Shown here: piece by piece, positions 29,601 through 44,600 of the stretch
How positions within the stretch are numbered: the stretch's first letter is position 1
Layout of the letters: each line of letters starts with the position of its first letter
Source: Phoronis australis
Lineage: Eukaryota; Animalia; Phoronida
Assembly: GCA_002633005.1 (NCBI GenBank)
Contig: NMRA01000475.1
Location: 124,001 to 188,000, forward strand
Reading direction: 5' to 3'
DNA length: 64,000 bases
Position numbers and translations under genes: made by a program
The notes under the pieces: model-generated
Told to the model about the DNA's origin: nothing
What the model saw: the letters and a program-made list of their open reading frames with translations, nothing else
Database searches by the model: none

Positions 29601-32600
29601 AAAGATTTTAAGAAACAATTTACTCTTGAAGCGAACATGCTCCTGATATTGACAATACTTTATTGTAGATTAGTTATGTATACTATTTACATTGGTTGCA
29701 TGAAGAGCAGTGGGCCGTTGTTAGATTATTTGACTTAACACTTCCCTGTAGTAGTGTATATTGAACTTGTTCAGTATAAACTGAAAACTTATCAATATTA
29801 TGACTTGGTCGGTTTTTCTGACATAAAAGCTCTGCATACCTGGCCAGTAAATCTTCTTTATCAATTTCCAGTGCCGTACAACGGAGTGGATGACTACTTG
29901 GACATTGAAGAGGCATCAGATGAGTCTGACCTGGAACCTGATGATGATGATGAAGGCCAACAGAGGGCAGCAGTTGTGAAGACATCACAGGTATGTTGAG
30001 TGAAGCAGCCTGTTGTGACTTGTACAACATGTCTTGTGTTGAAGACTCCTTGTCTTTTTGCTAGACAGAATGCACATTGGGTTTCTTGTCTCCTTTGACA
30101 CTCAGAGACTTGTCAGTTAAAGAAAGATATAATTGTAAAGAAAGATATCAGTGAAGACAACACAACATATTTAAGTTTCAATTCTGCATATATTTGACTG
30201 TTTATTTCCAAATTTTGAAAGTTTATTAGTGTTATTAATTAAAATTATTATTATTATTATTATTAATTCCTACTAAATTGGTTTGCGTTACGATTAGCTT
30301 TTTGAATGTTTGAATGAAAATGAGTGGTGCTGTGGTTAAGAGACGTTCCTGAAATTGTTACCTACTGTTGTTCCATATTATTGTTATTGTGAAGTTAATA
30401 CTAATTCAAACTTTGCATCCAATTTTTAGAATTTAAGAATCTCTGCTTCTTTGTCAAAGGAGTCGTTGTCCTTTGCTATTGTCAAAATGGCATATTTTTA
30501 TGTACCGTGCCAGAGAGTTGTATGGCTTAGCTTTTCAAGCATCAGTCTATTTTTATACATCACATGATACTAATAAATAACCATAGCAGCACTGCGTTTG
30601 CCATGTAGTTGTAGATGCTTTTCAGGTCTTTAAACTGTAAAAATTACCACTTTCCATTGTAATGTATTGTATTTAAAATAAAATGGTTCTGTGCCCTGCA
30701 AAAATTACTGTGTCTTGTAACAAATGGTATTAAATGTAATAGGCTCGTGTACATTGTAGAAATTAATATTGTCTTGTCATACAGAGTACATAGTAGTATG
30801 TTGGTAATGTAAATTTTTGTAGGTGAAGATTTCTTTGCATACAGACAAGTTATGTAATGGTGAATATTTTTGATCGTTCTTGTCTATGGCCATTGTTCTC
30901 AAATTGTGAGTTATAGGCAAGTGACAGCTCGTTGGAGGTCTGACGTTCTGGTTGGTTGGTGGAAACTCAAATAAATTGGCTGCTTGCATTCTGAGTTCCC
31001 ACCAACCAATCAGAACGATGGAGCCAGTCTTCAGCTTGAGAATAGCCACAGGTGTTTAGGCATGTAATTTGTTGTCTGTGTGCAATGCAATGTTTATCAA
31101 TAGGTTATATTTCAGTGTACTTTATGACCACTGCTCATTCTAGGACTATGTAACCATGTCAAGCACATCGGGTGTACTAGTACAAGAGAAGCTGTGTGGC
31201 GTTGTGGTGTGTGACAGACGACATGTGGCCTTTGCCCTAAACAAGCTCATCGAGGAGCTAGGGAAGTGGGACGAAGACTTGTTCTTTGTTGAGAGCAGCC
31301 ATATTTTTGGTGAGTTTTGATTCTTGGCATAACAGATTTTATCAGTGTTCAAATTTGACGGCGGTTTTGAGACAACTGCGTAGAGTGGTGTCTAGTTCAC
31401 AATACAGTTGCATGTTAACACTCTCCAGTTACTAATAGATGATTGACGAACTTTCCTCCCCAACTACTGCCTTTGAATACAGGCTGAAGTCATTAGTGTT
31501 TCTGAACATCGAAACAGTTGTAATTTGAAATCATGTACTACTTTGCTTTCTGCCGATGCCAGTCTTGACTTTTAAATGCCACCCATTTTCCAGTCTAGTG
31601 GAGATTGTGTGTGCAGGATTTGTCTACCAAATTTGTAGTCCACATTGGAACAATATGACATGACAATAGAAGTTTTTCTTAATTGTTTGCAACATAATAA
31701 TTTGTATGCAGCGTGATGATATTCGCAACATTTTAGGGCTTGGAATTTTCCTCTTTTGCAAGGATTTCCTCTTTTTTGGTTTCTATTTCCTCTTATTTTC
31801 ATTCCAGTTTCCTCTGACAGTCTTTTTTCATCTCTTTTTTATCATTATTTTATTTTACAGCACAAAACATATTTCTAACACACAAACGTATTTATTTGTG
31901 GAATGATACATCATTTGAAACTAAAGTTTTTCCTCTTTCTTGCCATTGGTCATTCCAAGCCCTGGTTTATTACTTTGTAAGTGCTTTGCAATTAGTAGTT
32001 TTATGGTGACAAATTAATTCATAGAAACACAGTGGCATTGCTTTGGAAGAGCAAATATACATGTGAAGAAAGTTTTTTGTTTTTTGATGCCAGAACATAG
32101 TTTACTGAGGCTTTTGTTTTTAAATGTTATAGGTGCAGGGTCAGTGGACGGTCGTGGGAAAAGGTTAAAGGTAACGGACGTACAATGTAGGAGACAAGAG
32201 CAGGTGTTACGAAGGTTCCGTATGAAGGAGATCAATCTGCTGGTTGCAACCGGTGCTCTTGAAGAAGGTGTTGACTTGCCACCATGTAACCTAGTGGTGA
32301 AGTTTGATGCCCCCACCACATTTCGGTCGTATGTTCAGTCAAAGGTATGTTCTTGTATCTAGCATTGTCTCAAGATAATAACTATATGTAAAAGAACCAT
32401 TGTGACAGTTCGCAAATGTGTTCCTATGGTGGAGAGTATGGCCAATGTTAATTTTTGAACAGGTCTACTGCGGTGGCGACCCCTAGTTGCAATTTTAGTT
32501 TTCTTTGCGTCTATTTCCTCAATGTTTAGTGAATTCCTTGATTGATCTTCATGAAGTTTGACGCATATGCTCTAAGTGATGAGAATATGGTTGGTGTTGA

Positions 32601-35600
32601 TTTTGGATGGATCTGACTATTGCGATCCACCCTAGTGGTACATTGTTAAACATGTGGTTGGAAATTTGGTCTGAGTGAGCGTCTGGTCTGAGTGAGCGTC
32701 TGGTCTGAGTGAGCGTCTGGTCTGAGTGAGCGTCTGGTCTGAGTGAGCGTCTGGTCTGAGTGAGCGTCTGGTCTGAGTGAGCGTTTGGTATGAGTGAGTG
32801 TTTGGTCTGAGTGAGTGTTTCTTATGAGGAGAGCACAACAGATGTATAGCTCGAACTATCGTGGAAACATTTGAAAAGTGAGTGTCCCTTATTTCTTTAA
32901 CATTTGCAATGCACTTTTTGGCACATATCAATGCTCAGCATTGCTTTTATTAAAGTTGTTCATTTAACAGAATGTGACCAGTAACTGATACAAGGATTTG
33001 TTTTTATTCAAATTTTACATTAATTGAATTTCCTAAATGCAACCGATTTCTTTCCAGGGTTGTGCAAAAGCATCAAAGGCCAAATATGTTGTTTTGGTGG
33101 ACCAAGAAACGATGTCAGACTTCTCTGAAAATCTTGTCATTTTTAAAGGAGTTGAAAAGGTGATTACTCTGTTACACATTACAAGCTTTTATCCACTAAA
33201 GAATAAGGTTTCTGATCAGGCCTTCTCTCCTAAGCTGGCCTTGCCCCTCATGTGAGTAGCCATGCTGGATGAAGTGTTTTGAATTGACCTTCTTACCATA
33301 ATATTCTGAATTGGAACTCAACTTTATTGTAATCCGTACTTTTGTAGAATTCATAAAGCATTTTAACACTTTGCAATTTACTGCAAAGTTGGCTGTGTAG
33401 GACATACCACCACTAGCAATATGGCCGTCATAGGTACCTCATAGGCATCATGGAATAAATCATTTGCACTACTCTAGTTAGGCTGAAACTTCTCTGTTCA
33501 ACCTTTACACAGAGTGTAACAGTGACTGTACAAATGTTGCCTAATCTGTAAGAGCATCTTCTTGAAACAGCGTGTTTTAAAGAATTTATGAAATGGTGCA
33601 AAACACTTTAAATTTGATTTTGGTGATGAATTATCTTGTGTAGCAATTCAAAACTTTCACCCTGTTTGATGTAATATGATTTTGCTCTAGATATTAAAGA
33701 GTCGATGCAACAACAGTGTAGACTCCTATGACCCAGATTGTTCCTCTGTGGATGACCTACTTCCGCCTTATGTTGCAGCCAATGAGGAGGAAGGAAGCAG
33801 TGTGACAATGTCGTCTGCTATAGAAATCGTGAATAGGTACGAGAGAGTCACAATGGTTACCTGTTAAAAGTTGCATCAAAAGGTCATTCTTCAAATCAAA
33901 AGCAGTTCATTTACTGAGGATGGTTTCTTGAGAATTTATTTGTTATCTCATAAAGTCTTGGAGTCCTTTATCTGTACTGCTAGTTACTTGTGAAAAATTA
34001 GATTTTGAATTCAAATTTAATGTGTAATACTCACTAGGTTCTGGGTTGTGTGTTTCGTCTTTATGGTGTTTATATTACTAGGTAGCTTTAAGAAGCTAAT
34101 CAATTCGAAGTGTATGACAGTGAGTCATTGATGTTCATTGGAGCCCCTGTGTTGACAGGTACTGTGCACGACTCCCCAGTGATGCATTTACACACCTGGC
34201 ACCAAGGTGTACGACGAAACAGATCGATGGTCAGTATGTGTCCACTCTGTGGCTGCCCATCAACTCACCCATCAAAGTACCCATCACTGTAAGTAAACGT
34301 AAACTATGTCATTTGTTTGGGATTCCGAATAAGACATGCGAAGAGTTCCTATTATGAGGAGAACAGCGTTTTTTTACTGAATATATTGACTATCACTGTT
34401 ATCCTAAATTTTGAAAACGTATTCTTTACAGGGAGTTGTGACAAACTTTGATTTCCATGACTAAATAGTAATACCAGGCAACAATTTAAAAAACCCTTTG
34501 TTATCAAAATCAGCATTATTTTATTAAGATGCTGATATTTGTCCCTCATTTTGAAGACTTGCTTATTTTTGTTTCAGGGGGCTTCAATGAAGAGTGAAAA
34601 ACTCGCAGAAAGAGCTGTTGCATTAAAAACTTGTGAAGTCTTGCACAAAACTGGTGTGTGGTGCATTATTCCTTATGATTTTTAATGTCTTTAGTTGGAA
34701 AAAAGGAATAAAAGGTAAAACTAGCAGATGTTTTTCCGAGTAAGGGAGAATCTGACTTCTCTGAAGGGTCGTGTTCATGAACTGCAACAACTGTACCGTG
34801 GAACTTTGTCCGAGTTATGGCAAGACCCGACATATGCGTGTTGAACTTACACGAGTTTTACTATATGCTTTAATTAGGTCAGATATGTGGAGAGTTTATT
34901 CCTTTACACTATGCACTAAACATGCTAAAAACCAAAACATCAAGTGTATAATACGGAAACACCGAGTAGCGCTGACAGCACGAATACTTAATGATTTAAC
35001 CACACTGTTAAATTGTTCTTTTGAATTTTCATTTCTGCTGGTATGTTATTAATGTAATTGAGCATGTTGTCTCAGGTGAATTGGACAATAAACTCAACCC
35101 TGTACAGGAAGAGATGCTTTCCCGGGAGCACGGATATTTTGGGCTGGATGATGAGGATGTTCGCGAGGGCCAACCGCGCCCAGGTACCACCAAGAGGAAA
35201 CAGTATTATTATAAAAAGGTAGGTGTTGAAGTGGCTGAGTTACTGAATTATTTTCAGTGGCTATGTGCATTGCGCTTTCTCTCTTGGTGTGTCAGAGCTA
35301 TTAACTGTGTACACCAGTACCTACGTGGCTAACTACTGAGTGTGGTGGGTCTCTCTCTCCCTCCCTCCCTCCATCCCCCCTTCCTCCGTTACTCCGTTTC
35401 TCTCTCCCTCCCCCCTCTATCTCTCTCCTGTAAGGTCAAGACCCTTTAGTTGCATCATTCCGTCAACTCTGTTGTACATATGAGCACCAACTGTGACTAG
35501 AGACTAATCTGTTGTGGATTAGCATTTGATTTAGGAGATCAGAAAGATGTCATTTGTACATATGCTGCTGAAAGTAGGGTTGGCAGTGAGCCTGAGTAGC

Positions 35601-38600
35601 TTGGTGGCTCTTGAAGGCAAAGTTTTACTAACTTCTTAAAAAGAAATCTGCATTTGTGTCAGGTGGTATTGGAAATGAAACATAAACAAAGTTACAGAAT
35701 GTTACCATTTGTGTAAAATATCCTCTAAGGGGTCTACCTCACTCATATTGTCAACAATGCCCAATAAAGGAAAAGTCACAGTTTTAATATGTTGTGCATT
35801 GACTCCATCTGAAGCAATTTGGGACTTTAACTGTGGGATTTTGTTTAAGGTGACTAAGGAATGGATGGGTTGAGGTACTCATTTTGTATGGCTGTCTGTG
35901 AGTCTACGTGTAAGGTCCGTACGTGTGTCATCAGTGCACTGTTAATGCTATTATGTTTGGTAGTCTTGTACATTCTTTTACCTGGGTTCTCCTTTCTCCA
36001 GTTGTCCACTGCCTTCAAGGACAGTTACCCTAGGCCAGGGAAGCCATGCTTTCTCTACGTCATTGACATGAAGTTGACAGCAGCCATAACTGAGGAACAG
36101 AACACTAGAGGGCGTTCCATCGATGACCCACAGAGCACACCCCTGTGTCTGGGAATATTGACTGCCAAGCCTCTGCCTGCAGTGAGTTACTACCATGTCT
36201 TGTGATAACTTCAAGAGGTCTAATCTAATATCCAACAGTTATTCTGAGGGTCCCCATGGAAAGCAGTGTAAACTGATGGGGCTACCCTCATTGTAAATAT
36301 CACAATAATAAATAAATAAATAATAAATAGATATCTCAAAATTGCTTTTGTCAGCCCTTTTGAAAGTGTTGACAATGTGGGAGGAACAGAATATCTGCCG
36401 AAGCTTTGTTATTGGTTGTTTATTAGTAAATTGTTTGATGTGACAGGTTTTACTCTTTAACAGCTTGTCTCTTTGAAGTTCAACAATTGCTACGCGTAAT
36501 TTAGATTGAAATCGCAGTCATTTATATAGTTCTTGTCCTTTATTTTATAGATTGAAGTATATTTTACTGAGAATACATTTATTTACGGCTTGAAAACAAA
36601 TCAGCATGTCCAGATACAGGCATTGATTTATGAGAGATATTTTTGAACATGAAAGTCCTCTACTAGTAATGAACATGAAACTCCCCACTAGTAACGTTTA
36701 AACTTTTTATGTTACAGGTTCCGGAATTCCCTGTGTTCACCAGATCAGGTGAAGTGACAGTATCAGTGAATCTGGTCAGGTCAGAGGTGGCCATCACTGA
36801 GGCTCAAATGTTGAATGTTTGTCAGTTTCATCGTTACTTATTCTCTCAAGTTTTGAGGCTAGAGAAATCACCAATGATTTTCGACCCTCAGGAGGCCCCA
36901 GTCGGGTTTGCCATTGTGCCGATGTTAAAAGGCAAGTTTTTTTCCTAAAAGTGTGGATTACGTCTAATTACTTGCTTTTAGGCAACAAAGTAAATGAGTT
37001 TTTTTCTGATTAGTTTTATTTTTTATTTCATCAGCATCCAAATGTTGTGTTTATGAACTCTTGTACAATAGTTCATGCCATTAAAAGTAAACTTCTGGTC
37101 AAGTGCTTTAACTTAATTTGAAATATCTCTTGATGTTGTTACTGCCAACATTTCAATGTAAGAGTTGTATTAGGAATGTATTAGGCGTTCTTGAACCTCA
37201 TTCTGTTGAACAGGCCAACTGTCAATACAAGTTGAAACAATTTGATATCAAGTGAAAAGTACTTAAAAATGGTCTTAGTTTGTACCAAATTACCTCAAAC
37301 TCTACCCTGAAAATTTCCATGAGAAATTGTAAGTTAAATGTAATTTTTCTTTCAGGTGACTGCGGCAGTTCAGAACTTGACTGGTCATTTGTGCAAAAAA
37401 TATGTGACAGTCAGGGAAAGAAGCTGGAAAAAAAGGGTGCAACTTGCACACCTTCAAATCCATTCATTTTTGTCGAGGAAGAGTTCAAAGACACAGTCAT
37501 CATGCCGTCATATCGTAACATAGATCAACCCCAGTCCTTCTACATGGCGGACATACTGTGGGAGTTGACTCCCCTCTCACCATTTCCCAGCCCTGAGTTT
37601 TATAAGTCCTTCAATGATTATTATGTGTCCAAGTATGGTTTAGTTATCACGAACCTCAAGCAGCCACTACTAGATGTTGACCACACGACGGCGCGGATGA
37701 ACTTAAGCACACCGCGCTACATTAATCAAAAAGGTGTGGCTTTACCTACGAGCAGCGCTCAAACAAAGAAGTCACTGAGGGAAAACTTGCAACAGAAACA
37801 GATCTTCATCCCTGAGCTATGTATCATCCACCCTGTGCCAGCCTCTTTGTGGAGAAAGATGGTATGTCTGCCCACCATCCTGTACAGGATGAATTATCTT
37901 TTTGTGGCTGATGAGTTGAGAGAACGGATTGCCAGAGAGGCTCACATTGGTGTCATTGATTTACCAAGTGATTTTCGGTTTCCTAAGCTGGAGTTTGCCT
38001 TTGGAGCAAGGAGAACCGAGAAGTCAAAGGCGACAACTGGTGTCACTTCTGATGAGGAAGGTGTTGAAAGTGACACAGGGAATTCTGTACAGAGTAAAGA
38101 CCTCAGTGGGTCTGAACCAGCAGAAGAGGGCCATGATCTTGATTTTGGTGTCTGGAAAACACCTGAGGAGCCCGTTGGTGACGCCATTGAAGAGGACATC
38201 AAATCACAAAAGGATGAAGAAGGTGAAAAGGATGGATGGCCAGTGCTGAGTGATGCCAACAAGAATTCTGAGCAAGATGAAGCTGAACTTTTTGAGGAAC
38301 TAAGTGCTGATTGTTCTGTGCCAGGAACTGACTCTATTGCTGATAATAATTCGACAGGTGTTGTGGCGTGTACCTCAAACATGTCCACAAAGGTATGTGA
38401 AAGTGTACCAGTTGCTATAGAAGTAAATGATCTCGATGCTGTAAAAGTACCTGGAGATTTGGCAAAATCTGTCACTGATTCCACTGATAATGCAGATGGT
38501 GTTTATTTTGAAGCTGAAACAGACAATGTGGTCGACGAGAAACTCTGTGTCAGTGAGAAGATAGAACACAGTAACAGTTGTGTTTCTGAGAAAATTCCTC

Positions 38601-41600
38601 GTCTTCCCCATCATAGTGACTTGAGCTTAGATGGAAATGCTCAAACAATGATTACTTCTAAGAATAAAAATCAGTGCTGTTCAAATCATTCCAAGTCTGA
38701 AGGGAAGACTAAATTTGATTCTGGAGTTGACCTGACTACCTTCCTGGGACCCAGTCCTTGTCTGATTTTGCAAACACTGACCATGTCTAACGCTAATGAC
38801 TTCTTCAATCTGGAAAGACTGGAGACAATTGGTGACTCATTTCTCAAGTTTGCCATTACTGTGTATCTCTACTGCTCTTATCCAAGTATTCATGAGGGCA
38901 AATTGAGCTTTCTCAGGAGCAAACAGGTGAGCAATTTCAACCTCTACCGCCTTGGCAAGCTCAAAAACTTTGGCCAACTTATGATTGCGTCCAAGTTTGA
39001 GCCAGTGGAAAACTGGTTACCACCGGGTTATGTTGTTGACAAGGATAAAGGAGGAAGGATTCGAGGGAATGCGGATAATGAAAGTTGGGGGGAAACACAA
39101 GATGAAAAGCAAGTGGTGGATGGTAATTTGCCAACCAACTCGGGCACTTGTGATATTGGACAAATGAAACGTTTTAACAAAGAGTTGGAGGAGATTAGTG
39201 AAGCCACAGAAATGGATTCCATGGGCAATGCGTGTTTTGTTCCATATGATCTGTTGACACAGCATAGCTTACCAGACAAGAGCATTGCGGACTGTGTGGA
39301 ATCTCTGATTGGATGTTACTTGACGGTTTGTGGTTCCAGGGCGGCACTGCAATTCATGTCGTGGTTAGGACTAAAGGTCATTCCAAAACCTGTACCGACT
39401 GCTCTGAACTCAACTGATAAATCTTTTGTGAGTGGGGAATCTCATGAAAAGCTCAGTTCAGTTTCAAGTTCATCTGCTGAGCATAACAGTATTGATAATG
39501 GGAAGACATGGACAAGTAGCAGTAAACAAGAGCCACAGAACACAGACTTCCCACCACCCACTAGCCCGCTGTTAACTCACGTGCCGGATGCTGAACAAAT
39601 TTTGAACCACCACCTGATTGGCTTCGATGAGTTTGAAAACGTAATTGAGTACAAATTCAATGACAGGTCCTATCTACTACAGGCCTTTAGCCATGCTTCC
39701 TTCCACTACAACACGGTCACAGACTGTTATCAGAGGTGAGTGGCACTTTATTTCAAGATCAGATTTTCAATTGAAAAGAGGACTGTAACAAGCCTCAATG
39801 GTTCTTACAGACATTCACTCGGTACAAGTTGCAATGCATCTTGCATCTGAGAAATCGATATACACAAGCATGAGGCTGTTGCGTACTCTTTTCCTCGCAT
39901 AAAATATTTCACATGCTTAAAAATGTTCTGTGGTTAAAAGTTGTCATCAGTATGCCTGTAATATGTTGAGATACTAAAATGGGTAATGGCAACTTAAGGG
40001 TTCCCACATTTTGAGAACTAACTTTCTCCACTGAATCATGGGCGTCAAACTGGTTATCAAAATCTGTAAGTGGGTATTGCCCCCAAAAAGTATAGGTTAA
40101 GGAATTAAGGAGGAAATTAATATTGAATTTTCACTATTTAAAAGTTTTTGTTTGGTGTTAGCATTTGATTTGCCTTATTTACATTATTGTCAAAAACATG
40201 AAATTGATTCGTTAATTGCAAAGTTATCATTTCGAACCCATTTCTGAAAATTCACACTCTATCACTGCACAACATACTGGTACTTGAATGGTAAGTGGCT
40301 CTGAAGGACCCAGGGTATCTCATTAGCTTAAACCACAAACTGGCCTATTATCACACCACCGCACAAAGGAAAGTCATGAATATGAATGACTTAAAATGGT
40401 TTTCTTTGCTTCTTCATAAGTGTTAAATCCTGTCTAACATGCTTTACAATGAAAGTTTGCACCATAAGAGCATGGAAAGACGGACAGCGTTTCTGCCTCC
40501 CTTTGACCACATTTTTGTTTTTGTCTGACTGTTTACTGTTATTTACATGAGAAGAACCTATGGCGTTGTTGCTCTAAGCATGTTTAGAGCAGAAATATAA
40601 ACTAAATCACAAAGGAGTAGATATTTTCTTCCTGAAGAGGTAATACTCCAAACATTGTGTTATACCGAATTATTTTATTTTTGCGGTTACTTCATATTTG
40701 AAAGAACTATCGACTACCTTTGCATATTGTGTAAGAGTACAACTGTATCATAGAGTGCTGAAATTTACGACTTATTCCTTGCAGACTGGAATTCCTTGGA
40801 GATGCCATACTGGATTATATCGTTACCCAGCACCTGTATGAAGATAAGCAGATGTTTTCTCCAGGTCAGTTGTGTGTTTTAACCACGTGTAGTCTCTATT
40901 ACATCTTGGTCTAGCTCATTAAACTTTATTTTTTCGTGACCATTGATCATTTTTGTCACTTGAATGCTTACCACACCTCACGATCTGTGTCCAGGTATTC
41001 TAACTGACCTGAGGTCAGCGCTGGTCAATAACAACATCTTCGCTGTGCTAGCCGTCAAGTGGAAATTCCACAAGTATTTCAAGTCCATCTCACCCCAGCT
41101 GTTCTCTGTCATACAAAAGTTTGTGTCTTGGATGGAGACTAAAGGAGACAATATCAACTTGGAAGAGGAGGTAAGATTGGTGAACCCTTTGTACCCATGG
41201 CAGTTTTACATTTGAGCTCGGAAACATTTTGTAACTAGATCACAGTGTCTGTTTATCTGTGCATTATGCTTGTAGTGAAAGATGTCTCAGAAAGATTCAC
41301 CTGTGTGGCTTTGGTGGCAAAATGCATAGATTCGTAAAATTAATGAATATTCCTGCTCCAAGATAGTTCCTAGCATAAATAGCAAATAGTATGTCTGTTC
41401 TGCTGTCTTATATTATGAATAACTCAGTTTAATTAGCTCGTGATAATTTTCATCGAATTACTGGCTAGGCTTGTTATCTCATTGCATTTTGATCACACTA
41501 GTCAAGCACTAGATGGTTCTTAATAGTGAATGAGTATTAGTGTTGTATCATGTCAGCCAGGCATAACAAGGATTAGATTAGTTTTCTACGACTAGTAATT

Positions 41601-44600
41601 AGATGATCTGTTGAATGCTGTATCTGGTATTGAGATCATTACGAAAATCATAATGATTGCCATTATGTTGCCACAGCTTATCGAGGAAGATGATGAAGAA
41701 GAGGAGGCGGAAAGTGAACACATCGAGATCCCCAAGGCGCTCGGTGACATCTTTGAGTCAGTGGCTGGTGCCATCTATCTAGATAGTGGATACTCACTGG
41801 ACACAGTGTGGAGAGTGTACTACCGGATGATGAAGTCATATATAGGTGAGTAAAGACTGACTATACGGTTGTTAAGTGATGACATGTCTGCCACTATTAT
41901 GACATGATTTGGACCCGCAAATAGGACTAGAGATGTACAATCACATCACATTTTAAAAAAATTTGCAGTTCTTGCAGTTTTTCCCATTCAAATAACCACA
42001 GGTAGATTTTAGCACTTAAAACTGTTGCAAAGTTATGCTTGTATTAAACCGGTGTGTACCAACAATGGTTTCTCCCAGGACGTTGCAAAGTATTAAGATT
42101 CAACTATTTCCAAAGCTCATTAATAGTTTTGAAAGTGCTTACTTGTTTACAGAGCTATGTAAATCTGACCTAATCATTTGACTGGGTTCAAAACATAAAA
42201 TGACTTCAAAATAATCCAATACAATTGGTGAATGGGACTGATGATGTCATAAATAAGCCAGTAAGGATGTATTTTACTCATGCTGAAGAAGTTTAATTTC
42301 TTTTCTAGTCGGGCATTATCGTTCACTTCACGTTGTTTTGCCGAAGCTGTTTGGACTTCATTTCTAAATCTAACTAATCTGACTTTAACTTGCCATTGAT
42401 GATGACATTCTATTTTTATACGCCCGTATATATACATGTATACATGTGGGTCCATGTGCCCGTATATATACATGTGGGTGCATGTTGGCGTTCTCTCTGC
42501 CCTAGCGTCGAGTGTTCAATTCAATGTATTCTGCTTCATCTAGTGGCCATTTTTATGATGCTGAAATCACCCCTAGATAGTATGAGCATNNNNNNNNNNN
42601 NNNNNNNNNNNNNNNNNNNNNNTGCTTACCACACCTCACGATCTGTGTCCAGGTATTCTAACTGACCTGAGGTCAGCGCTGGTCAATAACAACATCTTCG
42701 CTGTGCTAGCCGTCAAGTGGAAATTCCACAAGTATTTCAAGTCCATCTCACCCCAGCTGTTCTCTGTCATACAAAAGTTTGTGTCTTGGATGGAGACTAA
42801 AGGAGACAATATCAACTTGGAAGAGGAGGTAAGATTGGTGAACCCTTTGTACCCATGGCAGTTTTACATTTGAGCTCGGAAACATTTAGCAACTAGATCA
42901 CAGTGTCTGTTTATCTGTGCATTATGCTTATAATGAAAGATGTCTCAGAAAGATTCACCTGTGTCGCTTAAGCAAAATGCATAGATTTTTAAAATTATTG
43001 AATATTCCTGCTCCAAGATAGTTCCTAGCATAAATAGCAAATAGTATGTCTGTTCTGCTGTCTTATATTATGAATAACTCAGTTTAATTAGCTCGTGATA
43101 ATTTTCATCGAGTTACTGGCTAGGCTTGTTATCTCATTGCATTCTGGTCACACCAGTCAAGCACTAGATGGTTCTTAATAGTGGATGAGTACGAGTCTTG
43201 TGTCATGTGAGCCAGGCTTAACAAGGATTAGAATAGTTTTGTAAGATTCTACGACTAGTAATTAGCTGATCTGTTGAATGCTGTATCTGGTATTGAGATC
43301 ATTACGTAAGTCATGATGATTGCCATTATGTTGCCACAGCTTATCGAGGAAGATGATGAAGAAGAGGAGGCGGAAAGTGAACACATCGAGATCCCCAAGG
43401 CGCTCGGTGACATCTTTGAGTCAGTGGCTGGCGCCATCTATCTAGATAGTGGATACTCACTGGACACAGTGTGGAGAGTGTACTACCGGATGATGAAGTC
43501 GTATATAGGTGAGTAAGAACTGACTATACGGTTGTTAAGTGATGACATGTCTGCCACTATTATGACATGATTTGGACCCGCAAATAGGACTAGAGATGTA
43601 CAATCACATCACATTTTTAAAAATTTTGCAGTTCTTGCAGTTTTTCCCATTCAGTAACCGCAGGTAGATTTTAGCACTTAAAACTGTTGCAAAGTTATGT
43701 TTGTATTAATCCGGTGTGCACCAACAATGGTTTCTCCCAGGTAGTTGCAAAGTATTAAGATTCAACTATTTCCAAAGCTCATTAATAGTTTTGAAAGTGC
43801 TTACTTGTTTACAGAGCTATGTAAATCTGGCCTAATCATTTGACTGGGTTCAAAACATAAAATGACTTCAAAATAATCCAATACAATTGGTGAATGAGAC
43901 TGATGATGTCATAAATAGGTCAGTAAGGATGTATTTTACTCATGCTGAAGAAGTTTAATTTCTTTTCTAGTCGGGCATTATCGTTCACTTCACGTTGTTT
44001 TGCCGAATCTGCTTGGACTTCATTTCTAATTCTAACTAATCTGACTTTAACTTGCCATTGATGATGACATTCTATTTTTATGCGCCCGTATTTATACATG
44101 TATACATGTGGGTCCACCGTATATATACATGTAGGTCCATGTGCCCGTATATATACATGTATACATGTGGGTCCACCGTATATATACATGTATACATGTG
44201 GGTGCATGTTGGCGTTCTCTCTGCCCTAGCGTCGAGTGTTCAATTCAATGTATTCTGCTTCATCTAGTGGCCATTTTTATGATGCTGAAATCACCCCTAG
44301 ATAGTATAAGCATACCATTTGCGATGCAGTCGTGGGTGCTTTTCAACACTCTATGTTGCTCTTGTTACTATCGGAAAACACTCAATAGTTTTTTAATCTT
44401 GGAAATGAAGTAAAAATTGTGTAGAGATAACATTCATTTGACATTATTTTTTGTACTTGGATTTGATACTATGCTTTTAATGTTAACTCAGTTCTTAAAC
44501 AATCTTGCATCACTTGAAATTTGTGTTGGAATCTCTCTTTCAAATTGTCATATTATTGCAGATGAATACACAGACAAAATTCCCAAGTCCCCTGTTCGCG

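Noticed and set aside
37929-39285. Overlapping alternate-frame and antisense ORFs within the large Dicer exon
   Set aside because: These are short shadow ORFs of the coding exon with no independent features.
40965-44313. Tandem duplication of Dicer RNase IIIb exons as mutually exclusive exons or a domain duplication
   Set aside because: The copies are separated by an N gap, encode the same peptide and have near-identical introns. The same N-bounded pattern occurs at 8450 and 28591, which points to uncollapsed heterozygous haplotypes.
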